The notes beneath the pieces were generated by a model. The model was not told the origin of the DNA. It saw only the letters and a program-made list of their open reading frames with translations, and made no database searches. A stretch of 43,436 bases of DNA, from positions 1-43,436 of the forward strand of contig CAZUHD010000003.1 in the NCBI GenBank assembly GCA_964620415.1, read 5' to 3'. Below, in pieces: positions 1-8,994 of this stretch. Source of the DNA: an uncultured Clostridium sp. GTDB taxonomy: Bacteria > Bacillota > Clostridia > TANB77 > CAG-508. Both the position numbers and the translations under genes were made by a program. Each line of letters starts with the position of its first letter. Position 1 is the first letter of the stretch.

Positions 1-91
1 ATAACTCAAAAAGTGATAAAAGTAGATAAATAAAATTATAGAATCAAATAACTAAATACCATGTAAAAGTAATAAAATAAATTTTTTTAAG

Positions 92-138
92 TAAATAAGT
101 GAAGTAATAAAAAGTTTTTTCACTTATTTATTTTTTTT
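92..138 (+). terminator. Rho-independent terminator-like hairpin plus T-run, probably ending a gene upstream of the window
   Basis: TAAATAAGTGAA (92-103) pairs with TTCACTTATTTA (119-130) and is followed by T8. Confidence 0.5.
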
Positions 139-842
139 AAAAAATAAATTTAGACTTGTATTTCTAAAAAAAGTAGTAAATATATGTAAGGTGGTACAGA
201 ATAGCAAGTCTACAGCTAGAAAGATTAAAGAAATTTAATTTAGAAGAAAAAAATTTGATGAATGAAGAATCCTAGAAGTATGAAAGCTAGAGACATGATA
301 GAAATGATAAATATAAAATTAAGAAGATATTAATGGATAACTATAAAAGTTTGTGTAGCTTTCGTAAATTACAAGTTATTTATTTTTAACAAAGAAATAT
401 AATAGAGTAAGAGAAATAGTAAACATGAAAAAGAAAGCAAATTTTTTTATAAACTTATAAATTTATGTAAAATATATAAAGACTTTACAAAAGTTAACCG
501 AGGAATTAAAAGAAAAACTATGCAAAATGCGGATGTTTCACGTTATACTGTAGAAAAAACTGAAAAACTAAAAACTTATTTAGATGCATTTAGACCATTA
601 TTTGGTAAACATGTTAAATTAACTGCTCATACTGATAACAATAGTATTAGATTAACAGTTACAAATACAAAGCTACAGTTATAGGATCAAAAGAAATAAG
701 TAAATAATTTACAACTAGGTTTGTAAATTACTAAATGTATCTATAAAAAGTTGCATAAAAAAGACAGTATAACAGTTATAAAAATTTTAACGAAAGGAAA
801 GTATAATGTTTTTCTATATATTCATTATACAAGGAATGTGGA

Positions 843-1166
843 ATGAGCAAAAAGTGGATAGCTTTAATAGCTGTAGTATTAATAGTGGTAGCTATTGCAG
901 TATTAGTTGTTATTAATAAACCAGAGAAAGCAGGAGATTTCTACGTTGTATCAGAAGATGGAACAAAAGTAAACAATAGCGAAAAATTACACAAAACAAA
1001 AAATTTTGAAGGCTTGAAATTTAGTGAATTTATTGACAAAGACGGAAATACATTAGATTCTTTAAATTGGTATGCTCCTAAATTACTTCCAGGTGATTCT
1101 ACACAATTAAGCACATCTGCATCAATAAATGTTACTGTTGTTTATGACTTTACATTAGGAAAGTAG
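843..1166 (+). CDS. Small membrane-anchored hypothetical protein (107 aa)
   Basis: Uninterrupted ORF with an AAGGAA-like RBS upstream. N-terminal hydrophobic helix WIALIAVVLIVVAIAVLVVI. No family recognised. Confidence 0.5.
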   Translation: MSKKWIALIAVVLIVVAIAVLVVINKPEKAGDFYVVSEDGTKVNNSEKLHKTKNFEGLKFSEFIDKDGNTLDSLNWYAPKLLPGDSTQLSTSASINVTVVYDFTLGK

Positions 1167-1379
1167 ATTTGAGATATTTTGGAATAAGATAAAATATGCT
1201 TGAGAAAAAAAAGAGAAATATCTTATATGATATTCCTCTTTAAATCTTTATCTACTATTTCTTAAGAGAATGAATTAATTGATAAATCAAGCATTGACAA
1301 ATATGATATTTGTTACTAAGAGCTTTATATGTTATTTCAAAAGTTGATAGTATTTAATCAATTTTATTAGTTAATTCCC

Positions 1380-2345
1380 TTATTCATCTAGTAGCCAATC
1401 AATTACATTGATTCTTCGTATTCCATTGTACGATGCAACTGGTAAATTATCTAAAGTAAGAATATATTTAGGATAATGATCTGTAATTCTATCTAAAGGT
1501 CTAAGTTCTCTTTTTAAAGTTTCTTCATCTAACACAGAAGCGCAAACTTGATAATAAACAACTTCGTTCATTTTAGTAACAACAAAATCAATTTCTTCAT
1601 TTCCTATTTTTCCTATATTAACATCATACCCACGGCGTAATAATTCGATATATACAATATTTTCTAATATATGTCCTATATTAGTTTCTTTACTATTCAA
1701 CAATAAATTCCTTAATCCCATATCAACTATATAATATTTTTCAAGGCTCTTCAAGTATTCTTTTCTTTTTATATCATATCTATTTGCCTCATAAATAAAG
1801 AAACTATCTTTTAAAGCAGATATATATTCTTCAACTGTGTGAATAGAAATATTTTTTCCATTTGAGTTTAATGTATTACATATTTTATTAGTTGAGGTTA
1901 TATTACCAATGTTATCCATAATGAATTTAACTATATTTTCTAATGTAGTAATATTTTGAATATTTTTTCTTGAAACAATACCTTTTAACAAAACTGTAGA
2001 ATAAATTCCTTCAAGATAGTCTTTTATTGCTGCAGTATTCTTATTTAATTCATTAATAAATGGGAAAGAACCAAATTCTAGATATTCTCTAAAAGCATCA
2101 GACTTACTATTAGAGGAAGTGATTTGCATATATTCTTTGAAAGACAATGGTAGCATTTCAATTTTTACATATCTTCCTGAAAGTAATGTTGCAAGTTCAC
2201 CAGATAAGAGATAAGCATTTGAGCATGTAATATATAGATCCACGTTTTTTTTAACAAATAAACTATCTACAGTTTTCTCAAAATTAACCACATTTTGAAT
2301 TAGAAATAAAATTGAAATAGATTTTTTTATTAGAAAGAATAACAT
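1380..2345 (-). pseudogene. 5'-truncated AAA+ ATPase (DUF4143 family), paralog of the intact gene at 36843-38045
   Basis: Shares SGELATxxxGRYV, EIDFV and YPKYxL..D blocks with the 400-aa paralog. It lacks the first ~90 aa including the P-loop, and the Walker B region is degenerate (ILFLIQNV instead of FFDEIQNV). The ORF abuts an opposite-strand fragment at 2344. Confidence 0.7.
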
Positions 2346-2511
2346 TGCAACTGCAGTTGAGGTAAAATCAGCGGATAATACAAAATCAAAGTCTATGTAT
2401 TCTATAATACAGAATTGGGGAGTAAAACATGGAATAAAATTATCTACAAAAAATATAAGTAAAAGCGATAAAATTGATAGTTACCCATTGTATATGGCTA
2501 TGTTTTTATAA
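2344..2511 (+). pseudogene. C-terminal fragment (~55 codons) of a second type of DUF4143 AAA ATPase
   Basis: Translation IATAVEVKSADNTKSKSMYSIIQNWGVKHGIKLSTKNISKSDKIDSYPLYMAMFL* matches the typical C-terminus of these ATPases (IEVKS..., PLYM..F). No start codon and no upstream domains. Confidence 0.5.
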
Positions 2512-2559
2512 AATTATAGTATTATGCATATTAGAACACTTTTTACAATATAAAAGTAA

Positions 2560-3090
2560 ATGATTAACCTGCTAAATTTTAATAATAGTAACTGCTTTAA
2601 TTACACATATTCTATTGGGACAAAATATGGCGAAATACAATATGCACCAGATTTACTTAGATATATAAAAATAGCAATTGATAATAGCGAAGAAAATGCC
2701 ATTTTTTATTTAACTGGTTCACAACAATTTTATCTAATGAAAAATGTAAGCGAAAGTTTAGCAGAAAGAATTGGAATATTAAATCTTTTAGGACTAAGTT
2801 TAAGAGAAATAAAAGGAATAGATTTTCATATGCCATTTATTCTTACAGAAAATTATTTACAAGAGCACGAAAAATACAATACAAATATTTCATACGATGA
2901 ACTTTGGAATATTATTCATAAAGGAACAATGCTAGCTTTATACCAAAAAGAAAGTGATTTTAAAATGTTTTACACCATGTATGTAAATACTTATATGGAA
3001 CGAGATGTTAGAAATCTAACTCAAATTGGAAATACTTTAACTTTTTTTAAAATTTATGACAGCATTAGCAAGCTGTTAATGATAAAATAA
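2560..3090 (+). pseudogene. Internal fragment of a DUF4143 AAA ATPase, lacking the P-loop and with a degenerate C-terminus
   Basis: Contains LTGSQQFYLMKNVSESLAERIGILNLLGLSLREI and YVNTYMERDVRNL blocks typical of the family. It is truncated at both ends. Its matching C-terminal type lies upstream at 2344-2511, which is out of order. Confidence 0.6.
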
Positions 3091-3202
3091 GAATGTAAAA
3101 AAATGGAAAATAAAAATGTAAGAAATTGTACATTTTTTATATTGACATTAACATAAATGCAATTGTATTTTAATATACTTTAGTAAAAAGCTCTGTGTAT
3201 AC

Positions 3203-3245
3203 TAGCCCCAAAATCTAACTTTTATTAAGTTGGATTTTGGGGCTA
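3203..3245. terminator. Strong hairpin between converging genes, a possible bidirectional terminator
   Basis: TAGCCCCAAAATC (3203-3215) pairs with GATTTTGGGGCTA (3233-3245). The flanking T/A tracts are weak. Confidence 0.45.
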
Positions 3246-3255
3246 TAGTTTAACT

Positions 3256-4425
3256 TTATAACGACTTATTTATAGTTTGAATTCTATATAATAGACCATC
3301 ATATAGTTTTTCAATTCTCTCGTCTGACATATCTGTATAGTTTTTATATTCTATTAATTTTTCTTTAAAATCTTGTGCAAGTCCATCCAATTTTGAAATG
3401 TTATATTTTGATATATCTATATATTTTAATAAATCAGAAAAATCTTTGTTACTATTTTTAAAAAATTTACATTTGCCATCTATAAAATTCATTTCATTTG
3501 TAAGTTTATTACATTCCATGCATTCACCAGTGTCAAAGATAGGGGTAGGGCGTTCCCATTTTAAAGTTTCTACATTTCTAATAATTCCAAAATTTCTCAT
3601 GTGTCTGTCTATGTTCATAACTAAGTAATCAACAAAAAACATATTTTCTAGGCGTTCCCTAGCATTAGATATACCATTTTCTTCTAATATTTTTATATAA
3701 TGCTCAAAATCATTAATATTGTTATTTTGTCTTTTAGAATTAAAAACTTCATGAGCTGTTATTATTTCTTCATTTTCAGTTATAAAGGCTTTACATTTAG
3801 AAACTAATTTGTTATTTTCTATTCCTATTTCATAATTACAATAATCTAAATCTAATCTCTTGCATATCTGAGACACAAGCCATTCATTTATAGGTTCTTG
3901 CCTTGATTCATAAAATGTTCCTTTAACAAGTATCCTTTCATTATTTTCTATTACCCAAGCTTTTTTAAGCATTCCATCAGTAGTGTTATTAGGTGAATAT
4001 AAGTCAATTCTCTCTTGTGAAAAACTTGAACTTAAAGATACTTGTAAATATCCTTTATATTGGAAATCGTTTGTAAAAAAATTAATATCTTTCCATTGTA
4101 AATTTTTTTGCTTTTCTGACTTAATCCAATATTGGTCAGATAATGATAAACCATAAGCTTTATTTAATAATTCATCAGGAGAGAAAACATTTAAATTTTT
4201 TAGTAGGTTTTCTAAGTCTTTTCTCCAATTTGGAATACCTCTTCCTTTAAACCATAAGTTTAACTCTTTTACATCACTTAAAGATTTATCTGTAACTGCA
4301 TTTTTTAAAGAAAGTGGTGCATAGTCAAGTGCATATATTTCATAAATTTTAGTGATAGCATTATAATTTGTATTGTATTCAATTAATGCAATTTTTTTAT
4401 TTTTATTCATTAAAAAGCATTTCAT
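3256..4425 (-). CDS. HipA-like kinase domain protein (toxin-type Ser/Thr kinase family)
   Basis: 389-aa ORF. Has a catalytic-loop-like NIDRHMRNFGIIRN (D-x-H-x-x-N), an N-terminal WFKGRGIP...SLSDQYWIK block, and the size typical of HipA-family proteins. Confidence 0.55.
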   Translation of the reverse strand: MKCFLMNKNKKIALIEYNTNYNAITKIYEIYALDYAPLSLKNAVTDKSLSDVKELNLWFKGRGIPNWRKDLENLLKNLNVFSPDELLNKAYGLSLSDQYWIKSEKQKNLQWKDINFFTNDFQYKGYLQVSLSSSFSQERIDLYSPNNTTDGMLKKAWVIENNERILVKGTFYESRQEPINEWLVSQICKRLDLDYCNYEIGIENNKLVSKCKAFITENEEIITAHEVFNSKRQNNNINDFEHYIKILEENGISNARERLENMFFVDYLVMNIDRHMRNFGIIRNVETLKWERPTPIFDTGECMECNKLTNEMNFIDGKCKFFKNSNKDFSDLLKYIDISKYNISKLDGLAQDFKEKLIEYKNYTDMSDERIEKLYDGLLYRIQTINKSL

Positions 4426-4586
4426 GGTTTTCCTCTTTTCTTAATTTAATAAAAGTATTTTAAAAATCTTTTATCCTTGAAAAACTGACTTATATAGTTC
4501 TTGTAATTGTATACATTATATTGAAATAAGAAGTAAAAGTCAATATTTATGTATTAATGGAATTTATAGATTTTGAAGAAAGCCCA

Positions 4587-4810
4587 AACTTAAAACTCAG
4601 GGTAATTTCACCGATTATTACAAAATTGTAATATTTGAATTTAACCATTGAGTTTTCAATACTTTTATAATTAATAAATTTTATATTTTATTTAATAACG
4701 TAAAGCAATTAACATAATTAAGATGATACGCAGCGATTGATATTTAAGCATTTTTTTAGAAATGTTACAAAATTGTAATAAATGATGAAATGACCCTGCT
4801 TAAAACTTTT
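4587..4810. repeat. Pair of ~50-bp imperfect inverted repeats (4587-4637 and 4759-4810) flanking ~120 bp. Each arm contains the near-palindrome TTACAAAATTGTAATA
   Basis: Arm 1 is ...CTCAGGGTAATTTCACCGATTATTACAAAATTGTAATATTT. The reverse complement of arm 2 is ...AGCAGGGTCATTTCATCATTTATTACAATTTTGTAACATTT. Confidence 0.6.
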
Positions 4811-4816
4811 AGCATA

Positions 4817-4845
4817 TAGACAAATGAATAAAAATAATGTATAAT
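4817..4845 (+). promoter_or_regulatory. Candidate sigma-A promoter for truA
   Basis: TAGACA (4817-4822), 17-nt spacer, TATAAT (4840-4845) with an extended -10 TG at 4838-4839. Confidence 0.45.
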
Positions 4846-4920
4846 GAAAAATATTTTACACGGTTGTAATATAAATTTAAAATTATAATTAAAATATGTA
4901 AAAGTGAACGGAGAGTAAGT

Positions 4921-5662
4921 ATGCGTAATATTAAGTTAACAATAGAGTATGATGGAAAAGAATATAATCGGATGGCAAAGGCAGCCTAATAAATTAAATA
5001 TACAAGGTTCAATAGAAGAAGCCATAAAAGAAATAACAGGGGAAGAGGTTAATCTTATTGCCTCTGGTAGAACAGATAGTGGTGTTCATGCTCTTGGTCA
5101 GGTTGCGAATTTTAAAACTAATTCGACTCTTCCTATAGATAAATTTGCTTTAGCCATAAATACAAAAATAAAAAAGTCTATTAGGATAATAAAAGCAGAA
5201 GAAGTAGATGAGATGTTTCATAGTAGACTGAGCTGCAAAGAAAAGACATATAGGTATACAATAAATAATTCTCATGTTCAATCTGCTATTTTTAGAAATT
5301 TAGAATACCATATACCTCAAAAACTTGATGTGGATAAAATGATTGAGGCTGTAAAGTATTTTGAAGGAGAGCACGATTTTAAAGCATTTAAAGCAAGTGG
5401 TACTAGCAGTAAAAGTAGTGTAAGAACAATTTACAAGGCAAAAGTTTATAAAACTGAAAAAGATAGAATTATTATAGAATTAACAGGAAATGGTTTTTTA
5501 TACAATATGGTAAGAATTATCAGTGGCACTTTAGTTGACGTAGGTCTAGGAAAGATTGATCCAGATGATATACCAAATATAATTGAATCTAAAAAAAGAG
5601 AAAATGCGGGAAAAACTTTACCTCCTTATGGATTATGTTTAATGGAAGTTAAATATAAGTAA
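4921..5662 (+). CDS. truA: tRNA pseudouridine(38-40) synthase TruA. Needs a +1 shift at zero-frame CGG (4969-4971)
   Basis: ATG at 4921 follows GGAGAG and gives MRNIKLTIEYDGKEYN. The 0 frame then reads CGG and stops at 4987. Skipping C4969 gives G-WQRQPNK..SGRTDSGVHALGQV, the conserved YDGxxxxGWQ and RTD(S/A)GVHA TruA motifs. Confidence 0.85.
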
Positions 5663-5715
5663 CTTTTAATTGAGTAAATTCATAATATATATAAAAAATA
5701 AAAAGGAGAGGTATT

Positions 5716-6274
5716 ATGAATTTACTTATTTTTTTTGCTATTCCACTTGCTACTATTCTTCTTGCAATAGTTTTAGAGAGAATATTAGATAGACCTATTC
5801 TGGTTGCTATAACATTTTTTGCTATTTATTTAATTATTGCATTTGCTTTATTTGCATTAGGAACTATTACAGATCTAGGCACAGCTTTAGTGGCAGTAAT
5901 TGTATATACATTAATTGCTTTTATTACAGCTTATATTACAAAACTGATAAGATTTATCTTAAGAAGACTAATGGATAACAATAATGATGAAAATCATTGC
6001 AATAATCATTGTAATAAATGTAATAACCACGATAATGATTGTAATTCAAGCGATGATAATTTATTGACAGTTAGTTGTAGATGCAATAATGGAGATAGCC
6101 AGGATTTATTAACTATAAATAGTAGCTGTGGAAGTTCTGATGATAATGATAATAATGATAATGGATGTGGTTGTGGAAGTAACAATCGGTATTGCTTTAA
6201 CAGGAAATATTATTCCAAATCAAGCTAACGGTGGCAGAACAGGTGCTATTCGTGGACGTTATAGAAGATTTTAA
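5716..6274 (+). CDS. Membrane protein with a Cys/Asn/Asp-rich low-complexity tail. Possible +1 shift at zero-frame CGG (6187-6189); the 0-frame version ends at 6228
   Basis: RBS GGAGAGG. Three N-terminal hydrophobic helices, then HCNNHCNKCNNHDNDCN...GCGCGSNN. Skipping C6187 gives G-IALTGNIIPNQANGGRTGAIRGRYRRF* (stop 6272-6274). The 0 frame gives RYCFNRKYYSKSS*. Confidence 0.55.
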
Positions 6275-6299
6275 ATAACAATTAAATTGCATAAAAAAT

Positions 6300-6331
6300 C
6301 CACTTAAGTTGTTATAAAATAACTTAAGTGG
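6300..6331. terminator. Bidirectional terminator hairpin between converging genes
   Basis: CCACTTAAGTT (6300-6310) pairs with AACTTAAGTGG (6321-6331), with A-run and T-run flanks. Confidence 0.6.
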
Positions 6332-6341
6332 AAATAATTTT

Positions 6342-7256
6342 TTAATCTTTTTTAGCTTTTTTGTCTGTAACTACATCTTTGATAGCGCCAATACTGCTTA
6401 ATGCAGCTGTTGCTTCAAATGGAATAAATACTTTATTTGCATCTCCATTTGCAATTTCTTTTAAAGCTTCTAATGATTTTAACTGTACAAGTTTTTCATC
6501 AGGATTTGAATCTTTCATTGCACCATAAATTAATGAAATTTCTTTAGCTTTAGCTTCAGCAACTTCTTTTATAGCCTTAGCTTCACCAGCTGCTCTTCTT
6601 ATTTTAGCTTCGCTTTCAGCTTCAGCCTCTAAAATAGCAGCTTCTTTTTTACCTTCTGCAACAGTTATATCAGATTGCTTTTGAGCTTCAGCTTCTAGGA
6701 TAAGAGCTCTTTTATTACGCTCAGCATTCATTTGTTTTTCCATTGCATCTCTAATATCTGCTGGTGGGTTAATATCTTTTATTTCAACCCTATTAATTTT
6801 ACAACCCCATTTATCTGTAGCTTCATCTAAGATAGAACGAAGTTGAAAGTTGATATTATCTCTTGAACCAAAAGTTTCATCTAAGTCCATTTTACCAACA
6901 ATATCACGAATTGTGGTAATTGCTAAATACTCTATACCTTTTTTCAAATTTGCAATCTCATAAACTGATTTTGCAGGATCGGTAATTTGATAGAATACAA
7001 CTGTATCAATATTTATTGTAACATTATCTTTAGTAATAACTCCCTGTGGAGGGATGTCCATTGTTAGCTCTTTTAAAAGAACTACTGAGCTTACCCTATC
7101 AATAAATGGTATTATTAATGTTAATCCAGCATCTGCTGTTTTATAATATTTACCAAGTCTTTCTATGATATACACTTCAGATTGGCTTACAACCTTTATT
7201 GATTTATAAGCAATAATAGCGATTATTATGATTAGAACTACTAAAAAAATCCACAT
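6342..7256 (-). CDS. SPFH/band-7 (stomatin/QmcA-like) membrane protein
   Basis: N-terminal TM segment. PHB-domain blocks (VVSQSEVYIIERLGKY, ITKDNVTINIDTVVFYQI). A/E/K-rich coiled-coil tail. Sits in the classic pairing with the upstream NfeD gene. Confidence 0.85.
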   Translation of the reverse strand: MWIFLVVLIIIIAIIAYKSIKVVSQSEVYIIERLGKYYKTADAGLTLIIPFIDRVSSVVLLKELTMDIPPQGVITKDNVTINIDTVVFYQITDPAKSVYEIANLKKGIEYLAITTIRDIVGKMDLDETFGSRDNINFQLRSILDEATDKWGCKINRVEIKDINPPADIRDAMEKQMNAERNKRALILEAEAQKQSDITVAEGKKEAAILEAEAESEAKIRRAAGEAKAIKEVAEAKAKEISLIYGAMKDSNPDEKLVQLKSLEALKEIANGDANKVFIPFEATAALSSIGAIKDVVTDKKAKKD

Positions 7257-7321
7257 AATAGTACCTCCTAAAAATAAATTTATATATAAAAATTAAAAAT
7301 TAAAAATCAAAAATAATAATT

Positions 7322-7753
7322 TTATTGTTGCGTTTCTACTTTTTCTACTTTAAGTTTAACACCATTAATACTAATAACTTTTACTTTTGTATCTTTTTCT
7401 ATATTTTCATCAGAGGTAGCAGACCAAAGTTCGCCTTTAACTTTTACTTTGCCAGTTCCATTTATACTGTCGATATTTTCTAGTACAACACCTTCTTTTC
7501 CTATTAATCTAAAAACATTTGTAGGAACTGTTTCATTGTTTTTTACAAATTTTTTTACTAGAGGTTTTGTAAGTACTAATAATAGTGCAGATGATATTAT
7601 AAATACGACAGCCTGTATAAGAATATTATCTATAAATAGACTTACAATTAAGGCAATAAGAGCACCTACTGCAAACCAAAAAACAAAAAAACCTGTTGTT
7701 ATTGATTCAATAATTATAAATACTCCTGCTAATATAAGCCAATATTTCCACAT
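7322..7753 (-). CDS. NfeD-family membrane protein, partner of the SPFH protein
   Basis: Preferred start is MWKYW (ATG 7753-7751), 7 nt after AGGAGG. Has TM helices plus a C-terminal OB-like segment GKVKVKGELWSATS. Confidence 0.8.
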   Translation of the reverse strand: MWKYWLILAGVFIIIESITTGFFVFWFAVGALIALIVSLFIDNILIQAVVFIISSALLLVLTKPLVKKFVKNNETVPTNVFRLIGKEGVVLENIDSINGTGKVKVKGELWSATSDENIEKDTKVKVISINGVKLKVEKVETQQ

Positions 7754-8091
7754 AATAAAACCTCCTAAAATATTTGGATATTTCAAAAATTAAAACTACT
7801 ATACTTATATTATACCATAAAATGGCAAAAAAGTCTATATTAACGTGTAAAAATACTAGAAATAAAGACAATTTTTTATTTGAATATTTAAAAATGCAAG
7901 TATTTCCAAGACTTTCATGAAACTCTTTTTAATTTCCTAAATTGTAAAAATATAATATTAATATATTATGAACTTAGAGGTTTATGAATATAAATTAATA
8001 TAAGGAAAATTAAATAAAAAATAAAAAAAACTTGTAAATGTAAAAGAAAAATGATAATATATTGTATGAACTGTATAAGGGGGCATAGTCG

Positions 8092-8991
8092 ATGTTAGAA
8101 GAAACATTAAATATTGAGAAAAAAATAATATTTGATGAACCTATGAAAAATCATACATCATTTAAAATTGGCGGAAAAGCTGATTTATTCATCGAGATAA
8201 CCACAGTAGATGAATTATGTGAAATTTTAAAATATGCTAAAGAAAAAAATATAAGAACAACAATAGTAGGAAATGGAAGTAATATTTTAGTTACAGATAA
8301 AGGAATTAGAGGATTAGTAATAAAAATTAATATAGATAATTTAAAAATTGAAAAACATAAAGATAATGTATTAGTAACAGTAGGTGCAGGATATAAGATT
8401 TCAAAACTTGCACAAGAATTATTAAAAAAAGGAATTTCAGGACTAGAAGAACTAGCAGCAATACCAGGTACTGTAGGTGGAGCAATATTTATGAATGCAG
8501 GCTCTTTTGGTAAAGAAATGAAAGATATTGTTGAATCAACTAAATGTATAGATTTAAATGAAAATATATTTGAATTATCAAATATAGAGCAACAATTTGA
8601 TTATAGAGCTAGTATTTTTAATAAAAAAGATTATATAATTCTGGAAACAACATTAAAATTAAACTATGGAAATTCAAAAGATATAAAAGGTAAAATGGAA
8701 GAATACTTAACACAAAGAAGAGAAAAACAGCCTATAGAATATTTTTCAGCCGGTAGCTCTTTTAAAAGAAAAAATGGCATTATAACTGCAAAGCTTATAG
8801 ATGAATGTGGTCTAAAAGGCTATCAAATAGGTGGAGCCAAAGTTTCAGAAAAACATGCAGGTTTTATAATAAATGATAATAATGCTACTGCAAAAGATGT
8901 TTTAGATTTAATTAAATATGTAAAACAAAAAGTGTATGAAAAATATGGGGTTGAAATAGAAGAGGAAATAAGAATTATAGGAGAAAAATAG
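8092..8991 (+). CDS. murB: UDP-N-acetylenolpyruvoylglucosamine reductase
   Basis: 299 aa. FAD-binding domain blocks HTSFKIGGKADLF and VGNGSNILV, and a C-terminal SAGSSFK...GGAKVSEKHAGFIIN. Confidence 0.9.
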   Translation: MLEETLNIEKKIIFDEPMKNHTSFKIGGKADLFIEITTVDELCEILKYAKEKNIRTTIVGNGSNILVTDKGIRGLVIKINIDNLKIEKHKDNVLVTVGAGYKISKLAQELLKKGISGLEELAAIPGTVGGAIFMNAGSFGKEMKDIVESTKCIDLNENIFELSNIEQQFDYRASIFNKKDYIILETTLKLNYGNSKDIKGKMEEYLTQRREKQPIEYFSAGSSFKRKNGIITAKLIDECGLKGYQIGGAKVSEKHAGFIINDNNATAKDVLDLIKYVKQKVYEKYGVEIEEEIRIIGEK

Positions 8992-8994
8992 AAA

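Noticed and set aside
520-684. 54-aa ORF (MQNADVSRYTVEKTEKLKTYLDAFRPLFGKHVKLTAHTDNNSIRLTVTNTKLQL*) and other coding-looking debris at 180-700
   Set aside because: No RBS and no recognisable family. Probably gene remnants, so I could not support a call.
3398-3628. 76-aa plus-strand ORF inside the HipA-like gene; similar antisense ORFs at 7449-7793, 9531-9998, 11912-12121, 12641-12892, 16590-17039, 18423-18626, 20893-25664 (several), 26877-27140, 27700-27885, 31885-32199, 36199-36561, 37954-38166, 38525-38749 and 42761-43012
   Set aside because: All lie antisense to or nested in well-supported genes. They have Leu/Phe/Ile/Ser-rich compositions typical of AT-rich antisense frames and lack RBSs.
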